Part shown: one piece after another, positions 24,392 through 35,444 of the stretch
How the letters are laid out: the number at the start of each line of letters is the position of its first letter
Position numbering within the stretch: position 1 is the first letter of the stretch
Position numbers and translations under genes: made by a program
The notes under the pieces: generated by a model
Seen by the model: only the letters and a program-made list of their open reading frames with translations
What the model was told of the DNA's origin: nothing
The model's database searches: none
DNA from: Squalus acanthias
Lineage: Eukaryota
Reading direction: 5' to 3'
DNA: 64,000 nucleotides
Assembly (NCBI GenBank): GCA_030390025.1
Contig: CM059438.1
Coordinates: 63,676,001 to 63,740,000 of the forward strand

Positions 24392-27300
24392 CCTTCACTT
24401 AAATTGGTCCTGTTGCCTCCTGCCTCAAATTTATACAGTTTACAAACCTATTGTGATGTCTGATCTCACTGTGATGCGCAGTGTGAGGGTGAGGCTGGTC
24501 CAGGACATCTTGCTGCAATTATATAGGGCTTTGGTGAGACCACACCTGGAGTACTGTGTACAGTTTTGGTCTCCTTACCTAAAGAAGGATATTCTTGCCT
24601 TAAAGGGGGTGTAACAAGGGTTCACTGGATTGATTCCTAGGATGAGAGGGTTGCCCTATGAGGAGAGTTTGAGTAGAATGGTCCTATATTCTCTGGAGTT
24701 TAGATGAATGAGAAGTGATCTCATTGAAATGTATAAAATTCTTAGAGGGCTTGCCAGAGTAGATGTTGAAAGACTGTTTCTCCTGACTGCAGAGTCTAGA
24801 ACTATGAATTATAGTCTCAGGATAAGGGATCGACTATTGAGGACTGAGATGAGGTGAAATTTCTTCACTCAGATGGTTGTGAATGTTTGGAATTCTCTAC
24901 CCCAGATGGCTGTGGATGCGCAGTGATTGAGTATGTTGAAGATGAAGCTCGATAGATTTTTGGGCACTAAGGGAATCAAGGATATGGGGATAGAGTGGGA
25001 AAGTAGAGATAATGTAGAAGATCAGCCATGATCTTATTGAATGGTGGAGCAGGCTCGAGGGGCCATATGGCCTATTCCTGTACTATTTCTTATGTTCTTA
25101 ATCATGCACCACAGAATGGGGCCATTCAGCCCACCGTGTCTGTGCCTGCTCCTTGAAAGTGCTATCCAATTAGTCCCACTCCCCTGCTTTTCCCCAAGGC
25201 ACTGAAAATATCTTCTTTGCCAGTATATATCCATTTCCCTTTTGAAAGTTAACACCTGGGCCAGTGTCAGGAGCTGCGCGGACAGGTGCCAAGCTTGGTC
25301 AACGCAGGTCCAGTGGGATCACTGTCGAGGAGGGACATCCGGCCGTAAATTGGGAGCCCAGTAAACATCAGTAACCGCACTGCGGGCCTCGGCCTACCTG
25401 TGAGAAAGTCACAGGAGATCTCGCAGTGACAACAAATGAAGCGCTCGACCTGATGTGCCCTCAGTGTTACTGGATCTGTTCATATGTTCACACGGTGGAA
25501 TCCGCTCGATCTGCCCACCACACCAAATGCTGACTGTAGCCCACTGACCATCCCAGCACATTCCCCATCTACTGCTGCTCAATTACAGCACAAAATTTAG
25601 ACCATTTGGATTGTCCACCTGTGCCCAGTGCAAGCTCTTCAACTGATGCCACCTAATCATTGTCTTTCCACGTATCCTTTTCCATTCTACCTTCCCATAA
25701 ATCCAATTCCTATTTAAATGATTTTACAGCTTCTATTTCAATGGCCATGAATTCTAATACCCCTCTGTGTGAAGAATTTCTTCAATTCCTTATTTCGTTC
25801 TTTGAGTCTTAACCCTGAGCTCTCAATGCTGGTGGACAATTTGAGTGGCTGATTATTCAGATGTTCCACTCTCTCCTTCTCAGCCTCTCCTCTTATTTAG
25901 TCCCATTCATTCCATCCCAAAATTGGACTCTGAGAGGGACACTGCTCAAAACCAATCAGCGGTTTAAATCGGGTGGCTCTCCACTGTTTAAATAATCAGT
26001 TTGGTCTGACCCTCCACTGTTTGAATAGTCGGTTCAAGCAGAGCTGTCCCACAGTCTATCCCAGGGTCCAGGACAAGCTGATCAGAAGAAGCAACATGTA
26101 TTGACCAAGAAAGCCTGTACATTTTATACAGACTGGTTTTAGTTTCCAGGATTTGAGCCTTTATACCTGCACGAACACTACAGCGGATTTAACTGTCACT
26201 CACTCTGACCTCCGCAGGGAACGATACAAACTGGAACTACAGGGAAAACAAACCTTCTGCAGCAACAACCTTCCAAGTGTCAGCTGGCTAACGATATTTC
26301 CATTGTTGACGCTCTTTTCAGAAAGTAAACCAGTTCAGAACTTCTACCCGACCACATTCACTCCTCGATAGATCAGCCCGTTAGTCACAATCAGGGCAGC
26401 TCCCTTTCCTTCACTTAAACTGGTTGTGCAGCTTCTTGCCTCAAATTTACCCAGTTTACAAACCTATTGTGATGTCTGATCTCACTGTGATGTACAGTGT
26501 GAGGGTGAGGCTTGCCCAGGAAGTCTTGCTGCAATTACATAGGGCTTTGGTGAGACCACACCTGGAGCACTGTGTACAGTTTTGGTCTCCTTACCTAAGG
26601 AAGGATATTCTTGCCTTAGGGGTGCAACAAGGGTTCACTAGGTTGATTCCTAGGATGAGAGGGTTGTCCTATGAGGAGAGTTTGAGTAGAATGGTCCTAT
26701 AAACTCTGGAGTTTAGATGAATGAGATGTGATCTCATTGAAATGTTTAAAAATTCTTAGAGGGCTTGCCAGGGTAGAAGCTGAAAGGCTGTTTCCCCTGA
26801 CTGCAGAGTCTAGAACTATGAATTATAGTCTCAGGATAAGGGATCGGCTATTTAGGACTGAGATGAGGAGAATTTTCTTCACTCAGATGGTTGTGAATGT
26901 TTGGAATTCTCTACCCCAGATGGCTGTGGATGCGCAGTGATTGAGTATGTTGAAGATGAAGCTCAATAGATTTTTGGGCACTAAGGGAATCAAGGATATG
27001 GGGATAGAGCGGGAAAGTAGAGATAATGTAGAAGATCAGCCATGATCTTATTGAATGGTGGAGCAGGCTCGAGGGGCCATATGGCCGATTCCTGTACTAT
27101 TTCTTATGTTCTTAATCATGCACCACAGAATGGGGCCATTCAGCCCACCGTGTCTGTGCCTGCTCCTTGAAGAGCTATCCAATTAGTCCCACTCCCCTGC
27201 CTTTCCCCAAGGCACTGAAAATATCTTCTTTGCCAGTATATATCCAATTCCCTTTTGAAACTTAACACCTGGGCCAGTGTCAGGAGCTGCGTGGACAGGT

Positions 27301-28429
27301 ACCAAGCTTGGTCAACGCAGGTCCAGTGGGATCCCTGTCGAGGCGGAACATCCGGCCGTAAATTGGGAGCCCAGTAAACATCAGTAACCGCACTCCAGGC
27401 CTCGGCCTACCTGTGGGCCATATCACAGGAGACTTCGCGGTGACAACAAAAGAAGTGCTCGGTCCTGCAGTGCCGTCAGTGTTACATCTGTCCATATGTT
27501 CACACGGTAGAATCCGTTCGATCTACCCACTACACCAAATGCTGACTGCAGCCCACTGACCATCCCAGCCCATTCCCCATCTACTGCTGCTCAATTACAG
27601 CACAGAAGGGGACCATTTGCATTGTTCACCTGTTCCCAGTGCAAGCTCTTCAACTGATGCCACCTAATCCTTGCCTTTCCACGTATACTTTTCCATTCTA
27701 CCTTCTCATATATACAATTGCTATTTAAATGATTGAACAGTTTCTGTTTCAATCGCTACTTGTTCTCATCCCCCACTGTGGGAAGAATCTCTTCGACTTC
27801 TCGCTTTGTTCTTCCAGTCTTTACCCTGAGCTCTCAGCGCTGGTGGAAACTTTGATTCGCTGATTATTCAGATGTTCTCACTCTCCCTCTCAGCCTCTCC
27901 TCTTATTTAGACCCATTATTCCATTCCAAGACTGCACTCTGAGTGGGACACTGCTCAACACCAATCAGTGGCTTAAATAGGGAGGCTCGCGACTGCTGAA
28001 ATGGTAGGTTCGGGCTGACTCCTTCCACTGTTAAAATTGTCGGTACAAGCTGAGCATTCTATGCCAGTGTCCAGCACAAGCTGATCAGAACAACGAAAAT
28101 GTTTCCAGGATTTGAGCCTTTATATCTGCACGGACACTGCAGCTTATTTAACTGTCACTCACTCCGAACTCCACAGGGAATGATACAAGCTGCAACTACA
28201 GGTATAAACAAACCTTCTACAGCAACAACTCTTCTGAGTGTCAGCTGGCTAGCGATATTTCCATTGTTCACGCTCCCTTCACAAAGTAAAGCTGTTCGGA
28301 ACTTCTACCCGACCACATTCACTCCTAGATAGATCAGCCAGTCAGTCACAATCAGGGCAGCTCACTTTCCTTCACTTAAACTGGTTGTGCTGCCTCCTGC
28401 CTCAGATTTACCCAGTTTACAAACCTATT

Positions 28430-29171
28430 GGCCCAGAAATTGATCTCGCTCTGTTCCCGCGGGGGTAAGGCTTTCCCGCGATCTCTCACCTCGCTTGTGC
28501 TTTTTCAGATCCAGCTCGCACGAACTTGATGTTCTAGAGATCAGCTGGGCAGTGCTTGCGTATCCCAGCGGCGTAGTGAATTCGTGCGAGCTGTGGGATC
28601 ACGTGACTCAGTTAGAGCCAATGGCAGCACACCATCTTCCATTCATAAGTTTCACATACATGCTGTGAAATCTATGAATCTTACACCCCCCCAAAATAAC
28701 AGCTAAACCTCAATTAAATTAAAAAAAAACCATCACATTAATAAAATAAGTATAGTTAATTAAATTAACCATTTTAAATAAAAAATTAAATTTTTGAAAA
28801 AATTTAAAATCTTTTAAAAAGTTATAAAAATAAACTTACCTGTCTTTAAAGTCTCTAAAAAAGATATACCTGTTAAAAAAAATTCAAAAAAATACTTAAT
28901 TCACTACTTACCTTCTTAAAAGTGGGTCTTACTCCTCCTTTTTACATTTCTAAAATCTTCAGTACTTACCTGCGCGTCCAAAGCATGAAGTGCACAGCGT
29001 GCTCGCAGCCTGTAGTGCGCACGCGATGCACTGAGGAACCGCCCCCTTTTCAAAAGAGCAATTGCCGGTTTTCAGCGCATGCGCAGGGCATGCAGAAAAC
29101 CGGCAATTGGAGTGGGAATACGCGAGAGTACGCAGTGCGTACTCTCGCGTCGCGGGATCAATTTCTGGGCC
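28430..29171. mobile_element. PIF/Harbinger-type MITE, 742 bp, related to the 20692 element
   Basis: Perfect 16-bp TIRs GGCCCAGAAATTGATC / GATCAATTTCTGGGCC; TSD ATT; empty site AAACCTATTGTGATG in sister copies; shares internal blocks (GCAGTGCTTGxGTATCCCAG, GGGATCACGTG, AGAGCCAATGGCAGCA) with 20692-21419. Confidence 0.93.
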
Positions 29172-29380
29172 ATTGTGATGTCTGATCTCTTTGTGATGCG
29201 CGGTGTGAGGGTGAGGCTTGCCCAGGAAGTCTTGCTGCAATTATACAGGGAATTAGTGAGACCACACCTGGAGTACTGTGCACAGTTTTGGTCTCCTTAC
29301 CTAAGGAAGGATATACTTGCCTTAGAGGGGGTGCAACTAAGATTCACTAGGTTGATTTCTAGGAGAGTTACCTGGACTCT

Positions 29381-30151
29381 GTGTTCCAGGAGGTAGTCAC
29401 ACCAATTAGATTAACTAATTCAGATGTAGCCCATGATCAGGGACAGGAGGGTATGACTACGAGTGAGGCAGGTACGGGGATCCAGGAGGTAGTGTTGGAG
29501 GAGCCGCAGCCCTTGCTCTTGTCCAACAGGTTCGAGGCTCTTACTCCCTGTGAGGACGGGAGCAGGGACTGCAGGGAGGATGAGCAACCTGGCCACAGCA
29601 CTGTGGCACGGGGAGCCATTCAAGTGGGGGGAGTAAAAAGAAATGTTGTAGTGGTAGGGGATAGTATCATTAAGGGGATAGATAGGGTTCTTTGCAGCCG
29701 AGAGCGAGAGTCCCGAAGGCTATGTTGCCTGCCCGGTGCCAGGGTTAAGGACATCTCCTCTGGGCTGGAGAGAAACTTGGAGTGGGAGGGGGAAGATCCA
29801 GTTGTCGTGGTCCATGTTGGTACCAATGACATAGATAGGACAAGGAATGAGGTTCTGCTGAGGGAGTATGAGCAGCTAGGGGCCAAATTAAAAAACAGAA
29901 CCTCTAGGGTAGTAATCTCTGGATTACTACCTGAGCCACGAGCAAATTTGGCTAGGGTAAATAAAATCAGAGGGTTAAATGCGTGGCTCAAAGACTGGTG
30001 TGGGAGAAATGGGTTTTGTTACCTGGGACACTGGCACCAGTACTGGGACAGGAGAGAGCTGTTCCGTTGGGATGGACTTCACTTGGCCAGTGCTGGGACT
30101 AGAGTCCTGGTGAATCGAATAACTAGGGCTGTAGAGAGGGCTTTAAACTAA
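29381..30151 (+). CDS. CR1 ORF1 C-terminal part with SGNH/GDSL esterase domain (N-terminus lost by truncation)
   Basis: Blocks [34 protein letters not shown] motif; homologous to ORF1 at 40088-41038. Confidence 0.9.
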   Translation: MFQEVVTPIRLTNSDVAHDQGQEGMTTSEAGTGIQEVVLEEPQPLLLSNRFEALTPCEDGSRDCREDEQPGHSTVARGAIQVGGVKRNVVVVGDSIIKGIDRVLCSRERESRRLCCLPGARVKDISSGLERNLEWEGEDPVVVVHVGTNDIDRTRNEVLLREYEQLGAKLKNRTSRVVISGLLPEPRANLARVNKIRGLNAWLKDWCGRNGFCYLGHWHQYWDRRELFRWDGLHLASAGTRVLVNRITRAVERALN

Positions 30152-30189
30152 TTAGTGGGGGGGAGGTTTCAAGAGAGCAAAAAATAAAA

Positions 30190-33141
30190 ATGTCAGCGGA
30201 GAAGGCAATAGAGCAAAGTAGCAGTGGGGTAATTAAAAACCAGAGCGTGTCAGGAAGGGACAGAATATATAAAGATAAAGGTAAAGTAGTAAAGGGGGCA
30301 AAAGCAGGAATAAATTGTCACAAAACCTATTTAAAAGTTCTTTATCTGAATGCACGCAGCATTCGTAACAAAATAGACGAATTGACGGTACAAATAACTA
30401 CGTATGGGTATGATCTTGTGGCCATTACAGAAACATGGCTGCAGGGTGACAACGACTGGGAATTAAATATGCCAGGGTATTTAACAATCAGGAAGGACAG
30501 ACAGGAAGGAAGAGGAGGTGGGGTAGCTATGTTAATAAAGGAAGGAATCACTGTATTACAGAGAAATGATATTGGGTCAAAGGATCAGGATAATGAAACA
30601 GTTTGGGTGGAGATAAGGAATAATAAAGGGAAAAAAACACTAGTGGGAGTAGTATATAGGCCTCCTAATAGTTGCAACTCTGCTGGAAGAAGTATTAATC
30701 AGGAAATAGTTGGGGCATGTAATAAGGGAACAGCTATAATTATGGGGGATTTTAACTATCATATTAACTGGACAAATCAAATTGGGCAGGGCAGCCTTGA
30801 GGAAGAGTTTATTGAGTGTATTAGGGATGGATTTCTTGAGCAGTATGTAACTGATCCTACAAGGGGGCAAGCAACCTTGGACCTGGTCCTGTGTAATGAG
30901 TCAGGATTAATTAATAATGTCCTAGTTAAGGATCCCCTTGGAATGAGTGACCATAACATGGTTGAATTCCATATCCAATTAGAGGGTGAGAAGGTTGGTT
31001 CTCAGACAAGCGTACTGAGCTTGAATAAAGGAGACTATGATGGTATGAGAGCGGAATTGATTAAAGTGGACTGGGAAAATAGATTAAAGGGTAAGACGGT
31101 ACATGAGCAGTGGTGTTCATTTAAGGAGTTATTTTACAGCTTTCAAAAAATATATATTCCACTGAGGAAAAAAGGGTGTAAAAGAAATAACAGCCATCCG
31201 TGGCTAAGTAAAGAAATTAAGGATAGTATCCAACTAAAAACAAGGACATATAAGGTAGCCAAACTTTGTGGGAGGATAGAAGATTGGGAAGTCTTCAAAA
31301 GACAGCAAAAAGTAACTAAAGGATTGATTAAGAAAGGGAAGATAGATTATGAAAATAAATTAGCAAAAAATATAAAAACAGATAGCAAGAGTTCCTATAG
31401 TTATATAAAAAGAAAAAGGGTGGCTAAGGCAAACATAGGTCCCTTAGAGGATGAGACCGGGAAATTAATGGTGGGAAACATGGAGATGGCAAAAATGCTG
31501 AACAAATATTTTGTTTCAGTCTTTACGGTAGAGGACACTAAGAATATCCCAACACTGGACAAACAGGGGGCTCTAGGGGGGGAGGAGCTAAATACGATTA
31601 AAATCACTAAGGAATTGGTACTCAGTAAAATAATGGGACTCAAGGCGGATAAATCCCTTGGACCTGATGGCTTACATCCTAGGGTCTTGAGGGAAGTGGC
31701 AATAGGGATTGTGGATGCTTTGGTAATAATTTTCCAAAATTCCCTGGACTCAGCAAAGGTCCCGGCAGATTGGAAAACTGCTAATGTAACACCCTTATTT
31801 AAAAAGGGTAGTAGGCAGAAAGCTGGAAATTATAGACCAGTTAGTCTAACATCTGTGGTGGGTAAAATTTTGGAGTCTATTATTAAGGAGACAGTAACGG
31901 AACATTTAGATAAACATAATTTGATAGGACAAAGTCAGCATGGCTTTATGAAGGGGAAATCATGTCTGACAAATTTGCTTGAGTTCTTTGAGGACATAAC
32001 GTACAGGGTGGATAAAGGGGAACCAATGGACGTAGTGTATTTAGACTTCCAGAAGGCATTCGACAAGATGCCACGTAAAAGATTATTGCTCAAGATAAAA
32101 AATCACTGGATTGGGGGGAATATTCTGGCATGGGTGGAGGATTGGTTATCTAACAGGAAGCAGAGAGTTGGGATAAATGGTTCATTCTCGGACTGGCAAC
32201 CAGTAGCCAGTGGTGTTCCGCAGGGGTCGGTGCTGGGTCCCCAACTCTTTACAATCTATATTAACGATTTGGAGGAGGGGACCGAGTGTAACATATCAAA
32301 GTTTGCAGATGATACAAAGATGGGAGGGAAAGTAGAAAGTGAGGAGGACATAAAAAACCTACAAGGGGATATAGACAAGCTGGGTGAGTGGGCAGAGATT
32401 TGGCAGATGCAATACAATATTGGAAAATGTGAGGTTATGCACTTTGGCAGGAAAAATCAGAGAGCAAGTTATTATCTTAATGGCGAGAAACTGGAAAGTA
32501 CTGCAGTACAAAGGGATCTGGGGGTCCTAGTGCAAGAAAATCAAAAAGTTAGTATGCAGGTGCAGCAGGTGATCAAGAAGGCCAACGGAATGTTGGCTTT
32601 TATTGCTAGGGGGATAGATTATAAAAACAGGGAGGTATTGCTGCAGTTATATAAGGTATTGGTGAGACCTCATCTGGAATACTGCATACAGTTTTGGTGT
32701 CCTTACTTAAGGAAAGACATCCTTGCTCTCGAGGCAGTGCAAAAAAGGTTCATTCGGTTAATCCCGGGGATGAGAGGGTGGTCATATGAGGAGAGGTTGG
32801 GTAGATTGGGACTCTACTCATTGGAGTTCAGAAGAATGAGAGGCGATCTTATTGAAACATATAAGATTGTGAAGGGGTTGGATCGGGTGGATGCGGGGAG
32901 GATGTTCCCGATGACGGGTGAGACGAGAACTAGGGGACATAGTCTTAGAATAAGGGGCTGCTCTTTCAAAACTGAGATGAGGAGGAACTACTTCACTCAG
33001 AGGGTGGTAGGTCCATGGAATATGCTGCCACAAAAAGCTGTAGAAGCTACAACATTAATTAAATTTAAAACAGAAATAGACAGTTTCCTAGAAGTAAAGG
33101 GCATTAAGGGTTACAGGGAGCGGGCAGGAATTTGGACATGA
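30190..33141 (+). CDS. CR1 ORF2: APE endonuclease plus reverse transcriptase, 983 aa, uninterrupted
   Basis: APE motifs LNARS, ITETWL, VYRPP, MGDFN, SDHN; RT motifs YRPVSL, QHGF, YLDFQKAFD, GVPQGSVLGP, FADD. Confidence 0.97.
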   Translation: MSAEKAIEQSSSGVIKNQSVSGRDRIYKDKGKVVKGAKAGINCHKTYLKVLYLNARSIRNKIDELTVQITTYGYDLVAITETWLQGDNDWELNMPGYLTIRKDRQEGRGGGVAMLIKEGITVLQRNDIGSKDQDNETVWVEIRNNKGKKTLVGVVYRPPNSCNSAGRSINQEIVGACNKGTAIIMGDFNYHINWTNQIGQGSLEEEFIECIRDGFLEQYVTDPTRGQATLDLVLCNESGLINNVLVKDPLGMSDHNMVEFHIQLEGEKVGSQTSVLSLNKGDYDGMRAELIKVDWENRLKGKTVHEQWCSFKELFYSFQKIYIPLRKKGCKRNNSHPWLSKEIKDSIQLKTRTYKVAKLCGRIEDWEVFKRQQKVTKGLIKKGKIDYENKLAKNIKTDSKSSYSYIKRKRVAKANIGPLEDETGKLMVGNMEMAKMLNKYFVSVFTVEDTKNIPTLDKQGALGGEELNTIKITKELVLSKIMGLKADKSLGPDGLHPRVLREVAIGIVDALVIIFQNSLDSAKVPADWKTANVTPLFKKGSRQKAGNYRPVSLTSVVGKILESIIKETVTEHLDKHNLIGQSQHGFMKGKSCLTNLLEFFEDITYRVDKGEPMDVVYLDFQKAFDKMPRKRLLLKIKNHWIGGNILAWVEDWLSNRKQRVGINGSFSDWQPVASGVPQGSVLGPQLFTIYINDLEEGTECNISKFADDTKMGGKVESEEDIKNLQGDIDKLGEWAEIWQMQYNIGKCEVMHFGRKNQRASYYLNGEKLESTAVQRDLGVLVQENQKVSMQVQQVIKKANGMLAFIARGIDYKNREVLLQLYKVLVRPHLEYCIQFWCPYLRKDILALEAVQKRFIRLIPGMRGWSYEERLGRLGLYSLEFRRMRGDLIETYKIVKGLDRVDAGRMFPMTGETRTRGHSLRIRGCSFKTEMRRNYFTQRVVGPWNMLPQKAVEATTLIKFKTEIDSFLEVKGIKGYRERAGIWT

Positions 33142-33380
33142 GTCTAGGTTCGGATCGGTCATGGCCCTGTGGGTAGTGGAGCGGGCCCAGGGACTGTGTA
33201 GCCTGATTCTGCTCCTATTTCGTGTGTGCAATTCTGTTAGATGCAGGAGATGGTTCTGTGATAGATAGTAGATTGGCGGTTAGGATCAGATCAGCCATGA
33301 TCTTATTGAATGGCGGAGCAGGCTCGAGGGGCCGATTGGCCTACTCCTGCTCCTATTTCTTATGTTCTTATGTTCTTATG

Positions 33381-33687
33381 AAGCTGTGGAAGCTACATCA
33401 TTAAATAAATTTAAAACAGAAATAGACAGTTTCCTAGAAGTAAAGGGAATTAGGGGTTACGGGGAGCGGGCAGGAAATTGGACATGAGGCTGAGTTCGGA
33501 TTGGTCGAGGCCCTGTGGGTGGCATAGCGGGCCCAGGGGCTGAGTGGCCGGGTCCTGCTCCTACTTCTTGTGTTCTTTAGATTTGAGGTGAGGATCAGAT
33601 CAGCCATGATCTTATTGAATGGCGGAGCAGGCTCGAAGGGCCGATTGGCCTACTCCTGCTCCTATTTCTTATGTTCTTATGTTCTTA
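33381..33687 (+). mobile_element. Second, diverged ~300-bp CR1 3' end fused directly behind the first tail
   Basis: Repeats 33035-33380 with many substitutions and ends in its own (TTCTTATG)3 tail. Confidence 0.92.
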
Positions 33688-34704
33688 TGAGAGGATTGTC
33701 CTATGAGGAGAGATTGAGTAGAATAGGCCCATATACTCCGGAGTTTAGAAGAATGAGAGGTGATCTCATTGAAACGTATAAAATTCTTACAGGGCTTTAC
33801 AGGGTAGAGGCTGAAAAGCTGTTTCCTTTGGCTGGAGAGTCCAGAACTAGGTAGTGTTGCATTTTCTATTTAATTAGCCACTTGATCTAATACCCCACTG
33901 TGTGAAGAATCTTTTCAACTCCCCGCTTTGTTCTTCGAGTCTTAACCCTGAGCTCTCAGCGCTGGTGTAGACTTTGAGTAGCTGATTATTCAGATTTTTC
34001 TCTCTCCTTTTCAACCTCTCCCCTTGTTTAGACCCATTCATTCCATTCCAAAACTGCACTCTGAGTGGGACACTGCTCAACACCAATCAGCGGTTTAAAT
34101 AGGGAGGCTCTCGACTGTTTAAATGGTGGGTTTAGGCTGACTCCCTCCACTGTTAAATTGTCGGTTCAATCTGAGATATCTATGACAAAGGTCCAGGATA
34201 AGCTGATCAGAACAACCAATGTGTACCGACCAAGAAACCTGCACATTTTAGACAGACTGGTTTTAGTTTCCAGAATTTGAGTCTTTATACCTGCATGAGC
34301 ACTCCAGCGGATTTAACTGTCACTCACTCTGACCTCCGCAGGGAACGATACAAGCCGGAACTACAGGTATAAACAAACCTTCCACAGCAACAGCCTACCG
34401 AGTGCCAGCTGGCTAGCGATATTTCCATTGTTCACGCTCCCTTCACAAAGTAAACCAGTTCAGAACTTCTACCCGACCACATTCACTCCTAGATGGTTCA
34501 GCCAGTTAGTCACAGCCAGTGCAGCTCCCTTTCCTTCACTTAAACTGATTGTGCAGCTTCTTGCCTCAAATATAGCCAGTTTACAAACCTATTGTGATGT
34601 CTGATCTCACTGTGACGTGCAGTGTGAGGGCGAGGCTTGCCCAGGAAGTCTTGCTGTAATTATAAAGGGATTTGGTGAGACCGCACCTGGAGCACTGTGT
34701 ACAG

Positions 34705-35444
34705 GAATTCCCCCTCTTATGGCAGTTAAGGCTGGTTTCGGCCAAAAAATGGCGGTCGCCTCATGTGTCCCTCGGCGACCGCCATTTTGAGCAGGTCAAC
34801 AGCGCGGACGTTGCCTGCGTTCGCTAGTAAAATGCTAATTATTTAGATTGTGATGTCAATCAACGTGCAACATTGATTTGATGCATGACATGCTTTTTGG
34901 ACGTCGCCGCGCGACTGCACGACCTCTCCAAATCACACACAGCAGAAAGTGCGTTCAGCTGCACGAGAGACTCCCACAAGCGGTATTTAAAGGGTTCATC
35001 AACAACTTGCAGGATCTGTGTAAGTTTTCATTTCTACAGGCTCTGTAAGTTTATGCAACTGCTTTCTACAGTTATTTAAAGTTGGTGACGTGACATGGAG
35101 TTGTGCTGCCAGTGGAGAAGGCCTTGCTTCTGAATTCAAGGGTTCCTCACAGACCACTTGCTGCCAGTCATGTGGGTTCTACCTGCAGTCCCCCTTGCAC
35201 TGGAGCTTGACAGGGTGATTGAGCAGAGGCAGCGAAGAAGAGGACAAGCTGCTCCCAGAGGGAGGAGGAGCTGGGACAGGAGGACTCTCAGCAGGAGGCC
35301 TTACCCACGTTATGTCTTCCGAGAACACTTCTGCTATCTGCACTTAAGCCGGGAGCAGAGTATTCGGAGGCTGTGCTTCACCAAGGAGGTGGTCACAGAA
35401 CTCTGTCACCTCTTGGAACCAGACCTGCAGCCTCAGAGCAGGAC
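34705..35444 (+). mobile_element. PIF/Harbinger transposon fragment with HARBI1-like transposase N-terminus
   Basis: ORF 35158-35454 RRPYPRYVFREHFCYLHLSREQSIRRLCFTKEVVTELCHLLEPDLQP is typical of Harbinger nuclease N-termini; joins array segment B at GACAAGCTGATCAG. Confidence 0.8.

Larger units (their letters stand above)
29365..33380 (+). mobile_element. Young, 5'-truncated CR1 LINE
   Basis: Partial ORF1, intact ORF2, 3' UTR and (TTCTTATG)n tail; inserted within the CR1 fragment of one array unit. Confidence 0.97.

Noticed and set aside
24445..24475. V(D)J recombination signal (CACTGTG heptamer in each array unit)
   Set aside because: No acceptable nonamer at 12- or 23-bp spacing (best is about 5/9), no J-segment FGxG/WGxG motif, and the heptamer is mutated in one copy.
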